Shown here in pieces: positions 19,522 to 30,222 of a stretch of 64,000 nucleotides of DNA (positions within the stretch are counted from its first letter, which is position 1; each line of letters starts with the position of its first letter). The translations under genes and the position numbers were made by a program. The notes beneath the pieces are model-generated. The model saw only the letters and a program-made list of their open reading frames with translations, searched no databases and was not told where the DNA came from. The DNA is taken from positions 3,618 through 67,617 of the IMG/VR virus record IMGVR_UViG_2706795248_000001; one strand, 5' to 3'. The stretch comes from a virus (lineage: Duplodnaviria; Caudoviricetes).

Positions 19522-20462
19522 TGAGTGGGGGAGGCCTCAGCCGCGGGGATCGCACGCACATCATCTTCCGGGGGCCCGAAGGTCCGAAGCCGTTCTGGCT
19601 CTCCGGGATGCGCGGGCAGGGCAAGCAAGGCGTCGAGCTGGCCAACGGTCTCGTCGGCCTCGACCGTCCGCCGACCGAGCTGGTGTGGCTCCAGGAGGCC
19701 CGGCAGAACGGCGCCGACCTCGTCGGCAGCAACGTCGACATCCGAACGGTCAAAGGCGCGGTCAACATCCTGGGCAAGACGCCCCGAGGAGTGCGCGCAG
19801 CCTACGACGACTGGCAGCGAAACAACTTCGTGGACCGGTACTCCCGGATCTTCTTCATCAACAGCTACAGCGGCGTCCGGTTTCTCGACGTCCTGCTCGG
19901 CGCGTCGCCGGACGGATCGCTCGACAAGGACCCGGCGCTACTGCGGCGCCTGGTGAACTACCCCTGGACCTGGGTCGCGCCGAACCCCTTCTACAAGGGC
20001 TACACCGAGACCTTCCGCGCGAAAACCCTGGGCAGCGGGGACGAGTTCGTCCGGATCAAGGTGCGCAACTTCGGCAGCGCCCCACGGGTCTATCCGCGCA
20101 TCTACCTGCCCGGCCCCGGCGTCTGGCACATCCCTCGCGGGACCCGGCTGCCGAACTGGCGGGGCGAGGAGAACCTCGGACCGCTCGTCGAGGACGACAT
20201 GATCCCCCTGCCGCCGATCAAGTCCGGCGAGGGCATCTGGCTCAATCCGGATCCGCGCATCGAGACCATCACCCGGGTCGATGCCAATGATCCGACGAAC
20301 AAGGCCAAGGAGAAGAACCTCTGGGCTCAGATGGGAGGCCAGCGGCCGAAGCTCTGGCTCAACCCCCGCTCGCAGGAGACCTGGAAGTTCCGCTGCGTCG
20401 GCGGCGTCGGCGGACGCGAGGCGAAGATGGTCGTCCAGCCCCTCTACCTGACGTTCTGGTGA
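19521..20462 (+). CDS. Minor tail protein (distal tail, Dit-like)
   Basis: First gene after TMP, 313 aa. Confidence 0.8.
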   Translation: MSGGGLSRGDRTHIIFRGPEGPKPFWLSGMRGQGKQGVELANGLVGLDRPPTELVWLQEARQNGADLVGSNVDIRTVKGAVNILGKTPRGVRAAYDDWQRNNFVDRYSRIFFINSYSGVRFLDVLLGASPDGSLDKDPALLRRLVNYPWTWVAPNPFYKGYTETFRAKTLGSGDEFVRIKVRNFGSAPRVYPRIYLPGPGVWHIPRGTRLPNWRGEENLGPLVEDDMIPLPPIKSGEGIWLNPDPRIETITRVDANDPTNKAKEKNLWAQMGGQRPKLWLNPRSQETWKFRCVGGVGGREAKMVVQPLYLTFW

Positions 20463-20466
20463 GCCG

Positions 20467-22080
20467 ATGCCTCCTCTTCTGAGCGACGCACCCCCGATCT
20501 CCATGGACGATCGGGGCATCCTGCCTCCGTGGCGCACCGAGGCCGACATCGAGGTCCGCCGGTGGATCGGCGACGACCCGATGGGTCTCGAAGGCTACTG
20601 CAACGACTTCATCGAGGCCGAGTTCGACTACGTCGAGAACGCCACCGGCCCCGGCCATATCGAGGTCCCCCACAACTCGAAGTGGGCTCCGATCTTCGCC
20701 AACTGCGACAACGAGGTCGTCCTCGTTCACGCCAAGGTCAACGGCGAGTGGTGGACCGGCCGCGTCGACAAGTGCCGCAAGGTCCGGAAGGGCAAGAAGC
20801 GCACCGTCATCGCCGAGCTCGTGAGCGACTACGTGTGGCTCGAAGCGATGTTCTGTTGGCCGAATAACTTTGCGCCGCTTGGCATTCAGTGGCCCAAGAA
20901 GAACGTCAAGCTCATGCCGACGAAGAGCATGATCGAGAGCTACATCTTCGAGGTGCTGTTCCGGCTCCAGGCGTTCGGTAGTGGCCTCTACCGGTTCCCC
21001 ATCGGGTTCTTCGACAACCCGGGCGAGAACTGGTGGTCGATGAAGGTCAAGGACTGGGCTCGACCGTGCGTGGTGATCCCGGGCAGCCTCCTCTACGACA
21101 CCACGCGCTGGAACACGTTGCTGGCGCGGATGACTCCGCTCGACGAGCTGTTCAAGGACGTCACCTACGACGAGCACGTGGTGATCAAGGCCCAGGCCTG
21201 GGTGAAGGGGCGCGACCCGCAGCCGTCGGACGCGATCACGCTGGAGCGCTCGTGCATCTACTTCAAGGTCGAGGACAAGCGCGCTGTCGTCGGCCGGACC
21301 GGCACGGTCCTCGACGGCCTGTTCAACACCATCATCGACACCATCTCGCCGGTGGTCGAGAACGTCGTCGGCGCCTTCACCGAGAACAGCGAGATGTACT
21401 CGCTGTCGCACTTCTTCGGCACCGACCCCAAGGACCCCTGGGTCGTCATCCGCGAGGACGACATCGACGACGACATCGAGGAGTCGGAAGTCGTCATCAA
21501 CAGCCCCCAGGCGCACACCGGGATCGTCGGTGGACAGGCCCCGGAGTGGCTGAACAAGGGCATCGAGATGGTCGCCAACGCGGCGATCGGCGGGATTCTG
21601 GCCATGGCCGGGGTCTCGTTCCTCTCCGACCTGATCAGCGGGGAACTCTCCGACATTGCGCTGGCCTTCCAGAGCCAGACCGACGAACGGCTCCGGTCGA
21701 AGTTCGGCATCATGATGCTGCCGGAGGCCTACCCCGGCAGTGGGACCACGGCCTACACCTACGACTCGGTCCAGGCTCTCCGCAAGATCATGCACGAGAC
21801 CCGGCCGTACCGGACGTTCTCGGTCACGGTCAACGACGGGAAGCCGTTCGTTCCGTTCGTCCACTTCGGCATCGGCGACCCGATCGGCTGGGAGGACGAC
21901 GGCGAGATCCACGTCGACTACGTCCGCCGGATCACCGTCACGCTCAACCGGGAGAAGCGGACTCGCCTCACGATCAAGGTCGGCGACGACCAGGCGCCCC
22001 GGGACCCAATGGAACTCGCGCTGAAGCGGGTCGAGGGGGTCAAGCAGGCCTTCGACTTCTGGACTTTGTCGGATGGCTGA
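20467..22080 (+). CDS. Minor tail protein (baseplate hub-like)
   Basis: Second gene after TMP; DGKPFVPFVHFGIGD motif. Confidence 0.8.
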   Translation: MPPLLSDAPPISMDDRGILPPWRTEADIEVRRWIGDDPMGLEGYCNDFIEAEFDYVENATGPGHIEVPHNSKWAPIFANCDNEVVLVHAKVNGEWWTGRVDKCRKVRKGKKRTVIAELVSDYVWLEAMFCWPNNFAPLGIQWPKKNVKLMPTKSMIESYIFEVLFRLQAFGSGLYRFPIGFFDNPGENWWSMKVKDWARPCVVIPGSLLYDTTRWNTLLARMTPLDELFKDVTYDEHVVIKAQAWVKGRDPQPSDAITLERSCIYFKVEDKRAVVGRTGTVLDGLFNTIIDTISPVVENVVGAFTENSEMYSLSHFFGTDPKDPWVVIREDDIDDDIEESEVVINSPQAHTGIVGGQAPEWLNKGIEMVANAAIGGILAMAGVSFLSDLISGELSDIALAFQSQTDERLRSKFGIMMLPEAYPGSGTTAYTYDSVQALRKIMHETRPYRTFSVTVNDGKPFVPFVHFGIGDPIGWEDDGEIHVDYVRRITVTLNREKRTRLTIKVGDDQAPRDPMELALKRVEGVKQAFDFWTLSDG

Positions 22081-22120
22081 TGACGACCGATAGACTGACT
22101 CGCGAACCGAGGGAGACACC

Positions 22121-23248
22121 ATGAGCGCGCCAGTAACCACCGTCCGCGAGGCGATCGCGAAGCTCGTCCTGCGTTGGGACGGCGACGCTCTGGACTACGA
22201 GTCCGAGCGGCGTGCGTTCATCGAGGTGACCAACGGTGAGGGCGAGCTACTCCTGCCCCGCGGCCGGAAGGGCGACAAGGGCGACGACGGCCTCCCGGGA
22301 CCGAAGCTCGCGCCGGACCTCATCCTCGAAGAGGACCAGGACGCCGACATCACCCCGCAGCTCCCGGCCGGTCTCAGCGACGTCGACCGTGGGTACGTCG
22401 TGGTCAACGACACCACGAAGACCGCGTGGTTCTGGAGCGGAACGGGCTGGCAGATCGTCCACGACGTCGTCGGGATGCAGGGCGAGCGCGGACCGGCCGT
22501 CGGTTTCTCCATCGGCACCATCACCACCTCCCCGGCCAACGGTTCCGCGTCGGTGTCCATCGACCCCGCGTCGACGCCGGGGAACATGATCCTCAACTTC
22601 ACCCTCCCCCGCGGTGGGCAGGGTCCGGTCGGTGTCGGCCAGCGCGGTCTGGCGGGCGATGCCATCTTGCAGGCCAACGACTTCGCCGCCCCCGAGGGCG
22701 GGGCCGAGGGCATGACCGACGGCACGACTCTCGTCTGGGACAGCACCGTCGGCAAGTTCATCCCGATGATCGTCAACAGTGGACCGGCCGGACCGTACGG
22801 CCTCGGCCCCAACGAGTTCACCGCGGTGAACGACAACAACTGGTCGAACGACTACAAGATCATCGCCCAGATCACCGTCCCCGAGCAGCCTTTCGCCTGG
22901 CACCCCCGAGTCTTCGCGCAGTGCGACGTCCGGCTCACCGGCATCCAGGCACGCGTCGACCTCGAAGCTCGACTCGGCTCGCCGACGGGCCCGATTGTTG
23001 GCCGCGGCCCGGGACACACGATCTCGACGTTCATCGACAACTACTACCCGCGCGACCTCTCCCCGGCGTTCGAGGGTGGCCCGATCACCCCCGAGTCCAC
23101 GGCGTACTCGATCCCGCGGAACACTCCCGGGACGATCTACCTCGTCATCCGACGGATCGACACCCTGGCCACCTTCGGCGTGAGCACCCGCAAGGACCGT
23201 GCGTCACTGACCGTGTACTGCGACCCGATTCCGGGGTCGGAGTCCTAG
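22121..23248 (+). CDS. Minor tail protein with short collagen-like segments
   Basis: GRKGDKGDDGLPGP, GMQGERGP, GPVGVGQRGLAG. Confidence 0.8.
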   Translation: MSAPVTTVREAIAKLVLRWDGDALDYESERRAFIEVTNGEGELLLPRGRKGDKGDDGLPGPKLAPDLILEEDQDADITPQLPAGLSDVDRGYVVVNDTTKTAWFWSGTGWQIVHDVVGMQGERGPAVGFSIGTITTSPANGSASVSIDPASTPGNMILNFTLPRGGQGPVGVGQRGLAGDAILQANDFAAPEGGAEGMTDGTTLVWDSTVGKFIPMIVNSGPAGPYGLGPNEFTAVNDNNWSNDYKIIAQITVPEQPFAWHPRVFAQCDVRLTGIQARVDLEARLGSPTGPIVGRGPGHTISTFIDNYYPRDLSPAFEGGPITPESTAYSIPRNTPGTIYLVIRRIDTLATFGVSTRKDRASLTVYCDPIPGSES

Positions 23249-25615
23249 GTGGACGCCCTCGATCTCAACCGGCACACCCCGGAGGAGCTGCTCCTCGCGG
23301 GCAAGAAGATCGCGCTCAAAGAGGACATCTGGGACCCGAAGTCGGTCGGCGAGATCGTCGCGAAGATCCTCGACCTGTTCGGCCTCGACATCCCAAACTG
23401 GGAAGACGCCCTGGCCAACTGGGAAGCGCTGAAGGATGCCTTCGAGGGCACCTACGTCGGCCCGGACCTCGCGCTCAACATCATCCAGAACACCATCGGC
23501 ACCATCCGGCGGTTGGCGACCGGCCTGATCAACCCCGGTCGGCTCCCGCTGATCCCCTTCAGCCACATCGGCGAGACCTACCCGAACCTGCTGGAGAACG
23601 GCGGGTTCGAGAGCGCGGACTCCCTCGACGGCCAGAGCATCTGGACCTGGGACGGCACCGAGGGCCGCACCGCTCCCGGATCGGCGAAGGCCGTCGGCGA
23701 CGGAACCCGAAAGGTGTTGCTGTCCAACAGCGTTCCCGCCACCGCGGAGCAGAAGTTCCAGATCTCGGGATGGGTGAAGTGGGCCGACCTGACTGGCGGG
23801 GCCAACGCGCTGCGCGTTTCGGTGGTCCCCTACCTCGGGGGCAACGTGCTCGCCGACGTCCCAATCGCCACGCGCAGCTCGCCGACGGCCAACTCCGGCT
23901 GGACCGAGCTCACCGGCACGTACGAGGTCCCGGCAGGCGTCGACAGCATCCGGCTCCAGGTCGAGGTCGGCGCGACGGTCACCGCGGGGTCCGTGTGGTG
24001 GGACGACATGCGGATCTCGAAGTACGGCAGCCTGCCCCAGCGCTTCATCGGCGGGCTCGTCGACGCGCTCGGGGACCTCGGCGAGGGCATCGTCGCGGTG
24101 GTCGGCCAGATCGGTGACTTCTTCGACCGGATCACCGGCCGCGTCGGCGCCACGATCGGCGACATCCAGGAGTGGATCTCGCAGCTCGGCACGATCCTGT
24201 CCGGCGGGACCGTCGGCGCCGGACTCCTTCCCACCCTGTCGAATGGCCTGCGCTTCGCCGTCAACGGGGTGCAAAGCTTCATCCAGAACGTCATCGACAC
24301 GATCCTCTCGGCCCTGCGCAAGGTCCCGGTCATCGGCGGTCTGATCGGCGACGTCCACGAAGAGGTCGGCCAGCTCGGAGACACCGCACAGAAGGGCCTC
24401 TCGATCGCGCAGGACGGCCGGACGCTCGCGCAGTCGACGGTCTACAACATCGCGACCTCGCGACCCCTGTGGTCCGGCCTGGACCCCACCGCGGAGGTCT
24501 CGTTCCCGTGGAACGAGCTGTTCTACAACACCGGTGGAGCGATCTCGACCCAGACCATCACCCCGACGGTCGCGCGCATCGTGAAGGTCCGCTGCCAGGT
24601 CGACCAGATCATGAACACCGTTGCGTTCCTGGCCTCGAAGTCCGGGACCTCGCAGACCGTCTTCATGAACATCTACCGGTACAACCCGGACACCGCGATC
24701 TGGAACCGGGTCTACGCCACCTCGGCCAGCTTCGCCGCGCTCATCGGCGCCTCGCTCAACCGGGTCACCCTTAAGTTCTCCAACGACGGGTTCCCGGTCA
24801 GCGCGCAGGAACTCTACGCCTTCGAGTTCTGGTGTGTCGGTGGGAATATCACCTTCGCCGCGAAGACCGCGCCGGTCGCCCCGATCCCCGGGGTCGTCCC
24901 CGGCGCCATCGGTGGATCACGAAACCCCACCAGCGCCAACATGAACCAGATCACGAGCGCCGAGATGGAGGCGATGAACGACGGCAACACGATCTACCTG
25001 GAGTTCGGATCGGACCTCGGGCAGCTCGAACTTCCGCGCCACTTCTTCATCAACTTCGACAACTTCTCGTGGCAGAACTGGGTGCGCAACACCGTCGGCG
25101 AGAGCGGTCAGCTCCAGATCGTCAACGGCCGAGTGCAGTACGGCGGGAACGACGACGGTCTTCAGACCGCGGTCTTCGGGTCCCAGACCCTCACCGACGA
25201 GATGGCGATCATCGGCCGGATCGACGAAGATCCGAAGACCCTGGCCTACTCCATCCTCGGCATCTGCTCGGACAACACCACGGCCAACAAAAACGCACAG
25301 ACCGTCCTCATGCGGATCTACCGCGGCTCGGTCGCGATCATGACTGGTACGACCGTGCGCAACAGCGCTGACGGCACCTTCGTCGCTGGCGATTACCGAC
25401 TGCGTGCCGAGATCGTGACCGGAGGATTCCGGCGCTTCGTCGCCGAGCGGTGGAACGGTCAGGACTGGTCCTTCATCGTCGACTGGGTCGACAGTGGCTC
25501 GGTCGCAGGCAGCGGTCCCGGCCGACGGTACGGCGTCATCGCGATCCACCACGCCTTCTTCAACGCCGGTGCGGCGATCGACAACGTCCAGATCCTCGAC
25601 ATGGAAGCGGCATGA
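23249..25615 (+). CDS. Minor tail protein with carbohydrate-binding module(s)
   Basis: NLLENGGFES...SGWTELTGTY...VWWDDMRI (CBM4/9-like); lectin-like C-terminus. Confidence 0.8.
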   Translation: MDALDLNRHTPEELLLAGKKIALKEDIWDPKSVGEIVAKILDLFGLDIPNWEDALANWEALKDAFEGTYVGPDLALNIIQNTIGTIRRLATGLINPGRLPLIPFSHIGETYPNLLENGGFESADSLDGQSIWTWDGTEGRTAPGSAKAVGDGTRKVLLSNSVPATAEQKFQISGWVKWADLTGGANALRVSVVPYLGGNVLADVPIATRSSPTANSGWTELTGTYEVPAGVDSIRLQVEVGATVTAGSVWWDDMRISKYGSLPQRFIGGLVDALGDLGEGIVAVVGQIGDFFDRITGRVGATIGDIQEWISQLGTILSGGTVGAGLLPTLSNGLRFAVNGVQSFIQNVIDTILSALRKVPVIGGLIGDVHEEVGQLGDTAQKGLSIAQDGRTLAQSTVYNIATSRPLWSGLDPTAEVSFPWNELFYNTGGAISTQTITPTVARIVKVRCQVDQIMNTVAFLASKSGTSQTVFMNIYRYNPDTAIWNRVYATSASFAALIGASLNRVTLKFSNDGFPVSAQELYAFEFWCVGGNITFAAKTAPVAPIPGVVPGAIGGSRNPTSANMNQITSAEMEAMNDGNTIYLEFGSDLGQLELPRHFFINFDNFSWQNWVRNTVGESGQLQIVNGRVQYGGNDDGLQTAVFGSQTLTDEMAIIGRIDEDPKTLAYSILGICSDNTTANKNAQTVLMRIYRGSVAIMTGTTVRNSADGTFVAGDYRLRAEIVTGGFRRFVAERWNGQDWSFIVDWVDSGSVAGSGPGRRYGVIAIHHAFFNAGAAIDNVQILDMEAA

Positions 25616-26670
25616 CCTGGTCGCCAGCCCCACTCCCGGACGACGAGATCAATCCCGGGCTCGGGTGGTCCCCGACCGGGCCGACGATCCCGGCCGACTC
25701 CGAACTCGGTTGGTGGATCAAGACGCAGCTCCTCGCGAGCTTCGAGGGGACCGGCGACTTCCCGGCCTCCCTCGCTGCTCACCTGAACGCGACAGTCGAG
25801 GCGACCGGCTCCTTCCCGGCAGCCGCGGTGGCCCACCTGCTCGCGACCCTCACTGCCACCGGCGCATTCTCGGCGTCGACGACGGCCCACCTCACCGGCC
25901 AGTTCACCGGCACCGGGGAGTTCTCCGCTCGCGCCGCTCTGGCGGGGAGTGCGAGCTTCGAGGGCACCGGCTCGTTCTCGGCCGTCGCAGCGGCGCACCT
26001 GCTGGCGTCGATGGAGGGGCTCGGGTCCTTCGCCGCCAGTCAGCTCGCGCACCTCTTCGCGAGCTTCACTGGGACTGGGGCCTTCTCGGCTGCCGGTGCC
26101 TACAGCCCCGTCGACCCCGTCACCACGACCTACACGACCGTCGGCGCCTTCACCTACCCGATCCCGAGCTGGTGCATCTTCATCGACGTCATCGGGCTCG
26201 GCGGCGGGAAGGGTGGCCAGACCGGCTCTGGCGTCAACAGCCAGCCGGGCTCCGGCGGGCTCCCCGGAGCCTGGGCCGGGATCACCCTCCAGCGCGGGGT
26301 CGACATCCCCTGGAGCGAATCCCAGTTCACCGGGGTCGTCGGCGCCGGGGGAGCGGGAGGCGCGAACTCCGACAACGCGGCCGGAGGGAACGGCACCGCG
26401 TCGACGATCACCGCGTCGGTCGGCACCCTCACGGCAGCCGGAGGCACCGGCGTCAACAGCGGATCGACGAGACGCGATGGCCCGGGTCCCGGCGACTACA
26501 CTTACCTCGGAATCACGTACACCGGTGGCGGGCTCTCCGACGGGAGCGGTCTCCCGGGGAATCCGCCCGGCGGCGGCGGCTCCGGCGGCAACGGCGGCGT
26601 GTTTGGCAACAGGACTCGCGGCGGCGCGGGAGCAAGGGGGCAGGTGTGGCTTCGAGCGCGACAGTCATAG
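25612..26670 (+). CDS. Gly-rich minor tail protein
   Basis: ATGA overlap; repeated ASFEGTGSFSA units; GGGGSGG...GAGARGQVWLRARQ end. Confidence 0.8.
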   Translation: MTWSPAPLPDDEINPGLGWSPTGPTIPADSELGWWIKTQLLASFEGTGDFPASLAAHLNATVEATGSFPAAAVAHLLATLTATGAFSASTTAHLTGQFTGTGEFSARAALAGSASFEGTGSFSAVAAAHLLASMEGLGSFAASQLAHLFASFTGTGAFSAAGAYSPVDPVTTTYTTVGAFTYPIPSWCIFIDVIGLGGGKGGQTGSGVNSQPGSGGLPGAWAGITLQRGVDIPWSESQFTGVVGAGGAGGANSDNAAGGNGTASTITASVGTLTAAGGTGVNSGSTRRDGPGPGDYTYLGITYTGGGLSDGSGLPGNPPGGGGSGGNGGVFGNRTRGGAGARGQVWLRARQS

Positions 26671-26948
26671 AGTTCGAGACCGAGTTCTGGGTCGAGTTCG
26701 GGACCAGGACGGTCGTGCCACTCGGGACCGAGATCATCGGCAGGCGACTCGAAGACGCATACCTGATCGTCGAGGCCCGGTGCGTCTACGACTACGGCCC
26801 CTTCTCCGATGGCTACGCACCGGCTTTCGACTTCCAGGCGCTCCTCTTCGAGGCCACCCTGTTCGGGGAGCTCGTCGACCCCGTCGAGGTCACCTGCACC
26901 AGCACGCCGGACGGCGAAGGTGCCCGAATCACCACGATCAAGGAGTGA
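26646..26948 (+). CDS. Small hypothetical tail-region protein
   Basis: 3' part of ORF 25494 (VIEFETEFWVEF...) looks coding; start uncertain. Confidence 0.55.
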   Translation: MASSATVIEFETEFWVEFGTRTVVPLGTEIIGRRLEDAYLIVEARCVYDYGPFSDGYAPAFDFQALLFEATLFGELVDPVEVTCTSTPDGEGARITTIKE

Positions 26949-26951
26949 GCC

Positions 26952-27296
26952 ATGGCTTCAACGAACGCCGACCGCATCGCCATCGTCGAGTACATGGCCT
27001 CCCGCGGGGCGAAGATCACCCCACACAACGGGGACCCCGGCACCACCGGCGCCAACCGCATCGGCACCCTGGAGGGCACCACCACCTGGGGGTCCGGGTC
27101 CGTTTCCGGGAGCACCGCGAAGTGTGTGGGATCGGCTGTCCCGTTCACCATTCCGGCCAACACCACGGTCACTCACTACGGCATGTGGAATGGGAATACC
27201 TACCTCCGCGGTTACCCCATGGACAACCCGATCACCGTCGGCGCCGCCGCGACGTCGGTCGACATCACCCCTGAGGCTCGCTACACCGTCCCCTGA
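26952..27296 (+). CDS. Small structural (tail) protein
   Basis: FTIPANTTVTHYGMWNG motif typical of actinophage tail accessory proteins. Confidence 0.65.
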   Translation: MASTNADRIAIVEYMASRGAKITPHNGDPGTTGANRIGTLEGTTTWGSGSVSGSTAKCVGSAVPFTIPANTTVTHYGMWNGNTYLRGYPMDNPITVGAAATSVDITPEARYTVP

Positions 27297-27347
27297 GTTT
27301 CGGTTGCGCCCCAAGGCCGGTGATACCGTCGGGTAACCGGAGGAGGG

Positions 27348-27986
27348 GTGCGAGTGGCTGTCGGCGATGTGGTCCTGGATTTCGACCACGTGATCATCCC
27401 GCAGGAGACCTATTACTGGTGCGGACCTGCGACGATGCAAGTGCTCCTGTCGATTCGGGGCATCCGCGTGACCGAGAAGTACATGGCCGACCAACTCGGG
27501 ACCACCGAGAATGGCACGGACACCATCCTCTATCTCACGCGAGAGCTGAACGAACGTCTCGGTGACATCTATCGCACCGTGCAGGTCCCGGGAGCCGGAG
27601 ACCTCGACCAGTTCCGCAAGCACGTCTTCCACTCGATCGACGCCGGGTACGGCGTCGGCGGCAACATCATGGTGCCCCCGTCGAACTACCCGCTGCCACA
27701 GCGGGGAGAGCGCGCGCAGTACCGCGGTGGCTGGATCTACCACTACTGGTCGATCGTCGGAAAGAACGAGCGTCTCGACCAGATGGCCATTGCCGACAGC
27801 GGATTCCCGGACTACTACTACTGGGTGACCAGCAAGCAGGCCCTCTCGATGATCTCGGGGAAGGGCTACACCTGGGCTGCCAACGCCAAGGTCGCCGACG
27901 ACTTCCTCGGCCTGTTGACCGACGCCGAGATCGCGAAGGTGCTCGCCGGTGCCGCACAGGTCGGCGAGCCGCACAGGGGGTCATGA
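27348..27986 (+). CDS. Lysin A, peptidase C39-like part (start may be 27354)
   Basis: QETYYWCGPAT...HY...IADSG catalytic C/H/D pattern. Confidence 0.85.
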   Translation: MRVAVGDVVLDFDHVIIPQETYYWCGPATMQVLLSIRGIRVTEKYMADQLGTTENGTDTILYLTRELNERLGDIYRTVQVPGAGDLDQFRKHVFHSIDAGYGVGGNIMVPPSNYPLPQRGERAQYRGGWIYHYWSIVGKNERLDQMAIADSGFPDYYYWVTSKQALSMISGKGYTWAANAKVADDFLGLLTDAEIAKVLAGAAQVGEPHRGS

Positions 27987-29008
27987 TGGACGTCGCAACA
28001 CTCCGGAAGGCCCTGGCGCCAACGCCGCTCACTGACGACGAGCTGGCTCGGCATCTGCCCGCGGTCGAGGCCGCGATGACCCAGGCTGGAGTGACCACCG
28101 TGCGCCGTGCCGCGGCGTGGTTCTCGCAGATCACCGTCGAGTCCGGCGGGCTCCGGTACTTCGAGGAGATCTGGGGGCCGACTTCGCAGCAGCGCGGGTA
28201 CGAGGGTCGCTCTGACCTCGGCAACACCGTGCCCGGCGACGGCTACCGCTTCCGCGGTCGCGGACCCATCCAGCTCACCGGCCGCAACAACTACCGGGAG
28301 TTCGGGAAGTGGTGCGTGGCACAGGGTCTCGTCTCCGACCCTGAGCACTTCACGAAGAACCCGGACCTCGTCGCGACGCCGAAGTGGGGGTTCCTCGCGG
28401 CCGCAAAGTACTGGGCGATGACCTGGCGCCGCGGCAAGTCGATCAACGAGTGGGCCGACGCGGGAGACATTCTCGCCGTCAGCCGATGCGTGAACGGGTG
28501 GGTCGACGGGTCCTACCCGTACCATTACGCCGAGCGCAAGAAGAGCTGGGACAACTGCCTCGCACTCGGCGAGGCGATACTACCGGGAGGTTTCCTCATG
28601 GCCATCGACGAAGCAGGACAGCGCAAGATCCTCGGCGCCGCGATCCAGACCGCGGACGCGCAGCAGACGGACCTGGAGAAGGGTGTAATCGGCCCCCGGC
28701 CGCAGCGCCACACCCAGTTCTACAACGTCGACGGCAACCCGTCGCTCGCAGCCAAGGGCAAGAAGCTCGCCTACCTGCGCGCGATGGTCATGGACCTCTG
28801 GAACGAGCTGGTCTACGACGGCTACGTCGCCGAGGTGGAGGACCCCGCGCTCGACGACAAGCGCTACGGCTCGCCGGTGCGATTCATCACCGCGATCCAC
28901 AAGAACGTGCGGCAGAGCTTCCTGCTCATCCGCGCCATCGCCGACAAGGTCGGCGTCGACACCAAGGCCGTGCTCGAACCGGCCCCCAGCATTGAGGAGA
29001 AGAAGTGA
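27983..29008 (+). CDS. Lysin A, GH19 glycoside hydrolase part
   Basis: AAWFSQITVESGGLRYFEE...GDGYRFRGRGPIQLTGRNNY...WA. Confidence 0.92.
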   Translation: MMDVATLRKALAPTPLTDDELARHLPAVEAAMTQAGVTTVRRAAAWFSQITVESGGLRYFEEIWGPTSQQRGYEGRSDLGNTVPGDGYRFRGRGPIQLTGRNNYREFGKWCVAQGLVSDPEHFTKNPDLVATPKWGFLAAAKYWAMTWRRGKSINEWADAGDILAVSRCVNGWVDGSYPYHYAERKKSWDNCLALGEAILPGGFLMAIDEAGQRKILGAAIQTADAQQTDLEKGVIGPRPQRHTQFYNVDGNPSLAAKGKKLAYLRAMVMDLWNELVYDGYVAEVEDPALDDKRYGSPVRFITAIHKNVRQSFLLIRAIADKVGVDTKAVLEPAPSIEEKK

Positions 29009-29316
29009 CCCTGCCCAACATCCCGCCCGTTCCCGCGACCGAGGTCGTCGACGAGCTACGTGAGCAGCTCCAGCGGCAGCCGTGGTACGCCCGGTTCGCC
29101 AACACCGTCACCACCGCGGTCGGCGCTCTCGCGCTGATCGTCTGGCTGCTGACGTCCAACGGGGTCGGCATCGACCCCGCCATCGTCACCGCGGTCGGAT
29201 CAGTGCTCGGCGTGCTGACCACCCTCGGAGTCCTGAAGACCCCCAACGGCATCACGCCGCGTGGGGTCGAGAAGGTCGAGGACGCGGCACAACTGGCGGC
29301 GCGTCGGTTCGAGTGA
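29005..29316 (+). CDS. Holin
   Basis: Two TM segments, QPWYARFANTVT motif, follows the lysins. Confidence 0.8.
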   Translation: MTLPNIPPVPATEVVDELREQLQRQPWYARFANTVTTAVGALALIVWLLTSNGVGIDPAIVTAVGSVLGVLTTLGVLKTPNGITPRGVEKVEDAAQLAARRFE

Positions 29317-29819
29317 TCTCCTCGCTGCGTCGCCGACTTCCCCGGACCGGCAGGTGGACTCCCCTCATCCCCCTGCCGGTCCGGGTGGTCATCCTTGCCC
29401 TCTGGGCACTGGAGCCCATCTCGCGGGGCCTGGACTACCTCACCGGCGATCAGCCGGGAGTGACCCAGTCGCTCACCCGGATCGAGCAGGCCTTCCCGCT
29501 CCCCGTATGGGGCGCGTTCTGCTTCATCTCCGGAGCGATGATCCTGATCGGCTTCGCGGGACGCTGGCGGCGCCTCGCCATCCTGGGCCTCTACTTCGCC
29601 GGAGCGACCTACGTCGCGCTCGGATGTGGGCTCGCGGCCAACGTGATTGAGCGAGGCGGGGACGGATTCCGCACGCCGGTAATGTTCTTCGTCTTCGGGC
29701 TCACGTATTGGGCCGCAGCCATCGGATACATGATGAGTGGCCCTCCGGAACTTATCGTTGTGGATAGCAACGATACCGACGAGAAGGTGCCCGATGGAAG
29801 TCCCTCTGCCGACCACTGA
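29313..29819 (+). CDS. 4-TM membrane protein (lysis accessory)
   Basis: GTGA overlap; four hydrophobic stretches. Confidence 0.75.
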   Translation: MISSLRRRLPRTGRWTPLIPLPVRVVILALWALEPISRGLDYLTGDQPGVTQSLTRIEQAFPLPVWGAFCFISGAMILIGFAGRWRRLAILGLYFAGATYVALGCGLAANVIERGGDGFRTPVMFFVFGLTYWAAAIGYMMSGPPELIVVDSNDTDEKVPDGSPSADH

Positions 29820-30222
29820 CAACTTCTGGCTGACCCTTCTCGTCTTCGTCCTGTTCGGGTCCCCCGCGCTGTTCTCCAAGACCGCGGCGAAGCTCCCCGG
29901 ATTCCTTGGCGCCGCGGGTCGTTGGTGGCAGAACCGATCCGAGGCCAACTCGAACACCTCTCGCGTGGTCACCGCGGCGAACCTCGAACGCATCATCGAC
30001 CAGCGGGTCTCGGAGAAGGTCGGTCACATCGAGCGCGAGGTCGTCGAGCTGCGCGAGGACATCGACGACTACTCGGAGTACCTGACCTACGACGCCGGGT
30101 GGCACCGGGAGACGAACATCTATGCAGCGCAGGCGGGTTTTCAGTTCCCGCCCCCGACGCACCTGACGTTCACGCAATGGCAGGAGCGCAAGCGCACCCG
30201 GGCCACCTCGGCGGGGTTCTAG
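29794..30222 (+). CDS. Membrane-anchored coiled-coil protein (lysis cassette)
   Basis: N-terminal TM, then coiled coil; SD GAGAAGG. Confidence 0.7.
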   Translation: MEVPLPTTDNFWLTLLVFVLFGSPALFSKTAAKLPGFLGAAGRWWQNRSEANSNTSRVVTAANLERIIDQRVSEKVGHIEREVVELREDIDDYSEYLTYDAGWHRETNIYAAQAGFQFPPPTHLTFTQWQERKRTRATSAGF

